From the NCBI GenBank assembly GCA_963811105.1, contig CAWEPZ010000011.1, positions 128,001 through 192,000 of the forward strand: a stretch of 64,000 nt of DNA, in the 5' to 3' direction. Position 1 is the stretch's first letter. The number at the start of each line of letters is the position of its first letter. Of this stretch, positions 63,221 to 64,000 are shown piece by piece. The DNA comes from Candidatus Bathyarchaeota archaeon (GTDB taxonomy: Archaea; Thermoproteota; Bathyarchaeia; Bathyarchaeales; Bathycorpusculaceae). The translations under genes and the position numbers were made by a program. The notes below the pieces were generated by a model. The model had not been told where the DNA came from, made no database searches, and worked only from the letters and a program-made list of their open reading frames with translations.

Positions 63221-63822
63221 TATGAGCCACCTAACCCGCCTAACATAGATTGAATAGAAGCAGGATCAACCTGATCAAGGTGCACTTTAACGCCGCCTAC
63301 TGTAACATCGAGATTTTTCAGCACAATATTGTTAATGTCTATGTTGCCTGTATTTTGAGCGTTAATTTGATTGTACAGCTCTTGAGGAATAAAGCCTTCA
63401 ACATTAATTATCGAACTTTCACCAGGTTGGATATTAATTTGTTGCGGGATTGAAATGTTGCCTACTAACCCACTACCGTCTTTTGACTGAATCTCTACTG
63501 ATAATTGTTCAACAGAAATTTCGTTGGGTAAGGGATTTGTCGCGTTTATTGCCAAACTAAAATCTCCTGTAACTGGATCATACTGTGGAGTACCTACCAA
63601 CTCTGGGACTTGAAAGTTGGATCCAGTTATATTAATTGGGTTAGATGAGGGAGACGAAGGATTCTGTTCAGAGTCTTGACCCATACTTTTGGCCAAATTG
63701 GAAAATTGAGGGGGCAATATTAAGCCAATCAAATTGTCTCTATAAGCGATTGCAACATATGCAAAAGGACCAACGACTATTGCTACTGTAAGCAGAGTCA
63801 AAGCTATTTTCAGTTTGTTCAT
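63220..63822 (-). CDS. Membrane-anchored protein with Ig/LEA-like domain
   Basis: N-terminal TM; NATNPL...IQPGES beta-sandwich pattern. Confidence 0.75.
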   Translation of the reverse strand: MNKLKIALTLLTVAIVVGPFAYVAIAYRDNLIGLILPPQFSNLAKSMGQDSEQNPSSPSSNPINITGSNFQVPELVGTPQYDPVTGDFSLAINATNPLPNEISVEQLSVEIQSKDGSGLVGNISIPQQINIQPGESSIINVEGFIPQELYNQINAQNTGNIDINNIVLKNLDVTVGGVKVHLDQVDPASIQSMLGGLGGS

Positions 63823-64000
63823 TTCAACCGTTTAGTAAATTGCATCAGTTTACATTTAACATTTACTTATTATAGCTCAAGATTCTTCGCATGGCTTTTG
63901 TTTATAAGGCGTTGCAATGACTTCTTTTACTTTATTAGTAATTACTGGACCAAGACCATGCACAGCCTTCGACCAATCATCCACATTAATCAACGCATTC

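Noticed and set aside
1-64000. CRISPR array, integrase or intact transposase
   Set aside because: No regularly spaced identical repeats and no recognisable recombinase or transposase ORF were seen.

Overview
Archaeal chromosome segment, most consistent with Bathyarchaeia (inferred from the fwdDBAC operon, archaeal-type tRNA-Pro and gene content; not verified by search). It has three zones. (1) 1-15.3 kb: a minus-strand surface-glycan cluster with a GDP-heptose-type pathway (HddA-like kinase, GmhA, GmhB, nucleotidyltransferase), its own transaldolase, an inserted VapBC pair, sugar-modifying enzymes and glycosyltransferases. Many genes here are split by frameshifts, probably sequencing errors. 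(2) ~15.3-42.4 kb: an accessory island of 1-3 gene modules in mixed orientation (flavodoxin/regulator, VapBC, AlkZ-like and AlkA glycosylases, GNAT, small protein plus YydG/EpeE-like radical SAM, a 9-PAS hybrid kinase, ABC transporters, KamA). Its spacers repeatedly carry a degenerate ~100-bp element: tRNA 3'-end-like fragments facing outward around a palindromic TTTTACCAGTAAAA arm. (3) 42.5-64 kb: mostly core-like genes (GT4, mobB/mobA, fdhD, fwdDBAC, M50 protease, tRNA-Pro(CGG)), interrupted at ~46.5-52.5 kb by a block between two pseudogenes. That block holds an operon for a SelO-like kinase-fold protein, a helical protein with a His/Gly tail and a surface-anchored zinc-ribbon protein. All calls come from reading motifs by eye; no database searches were run.
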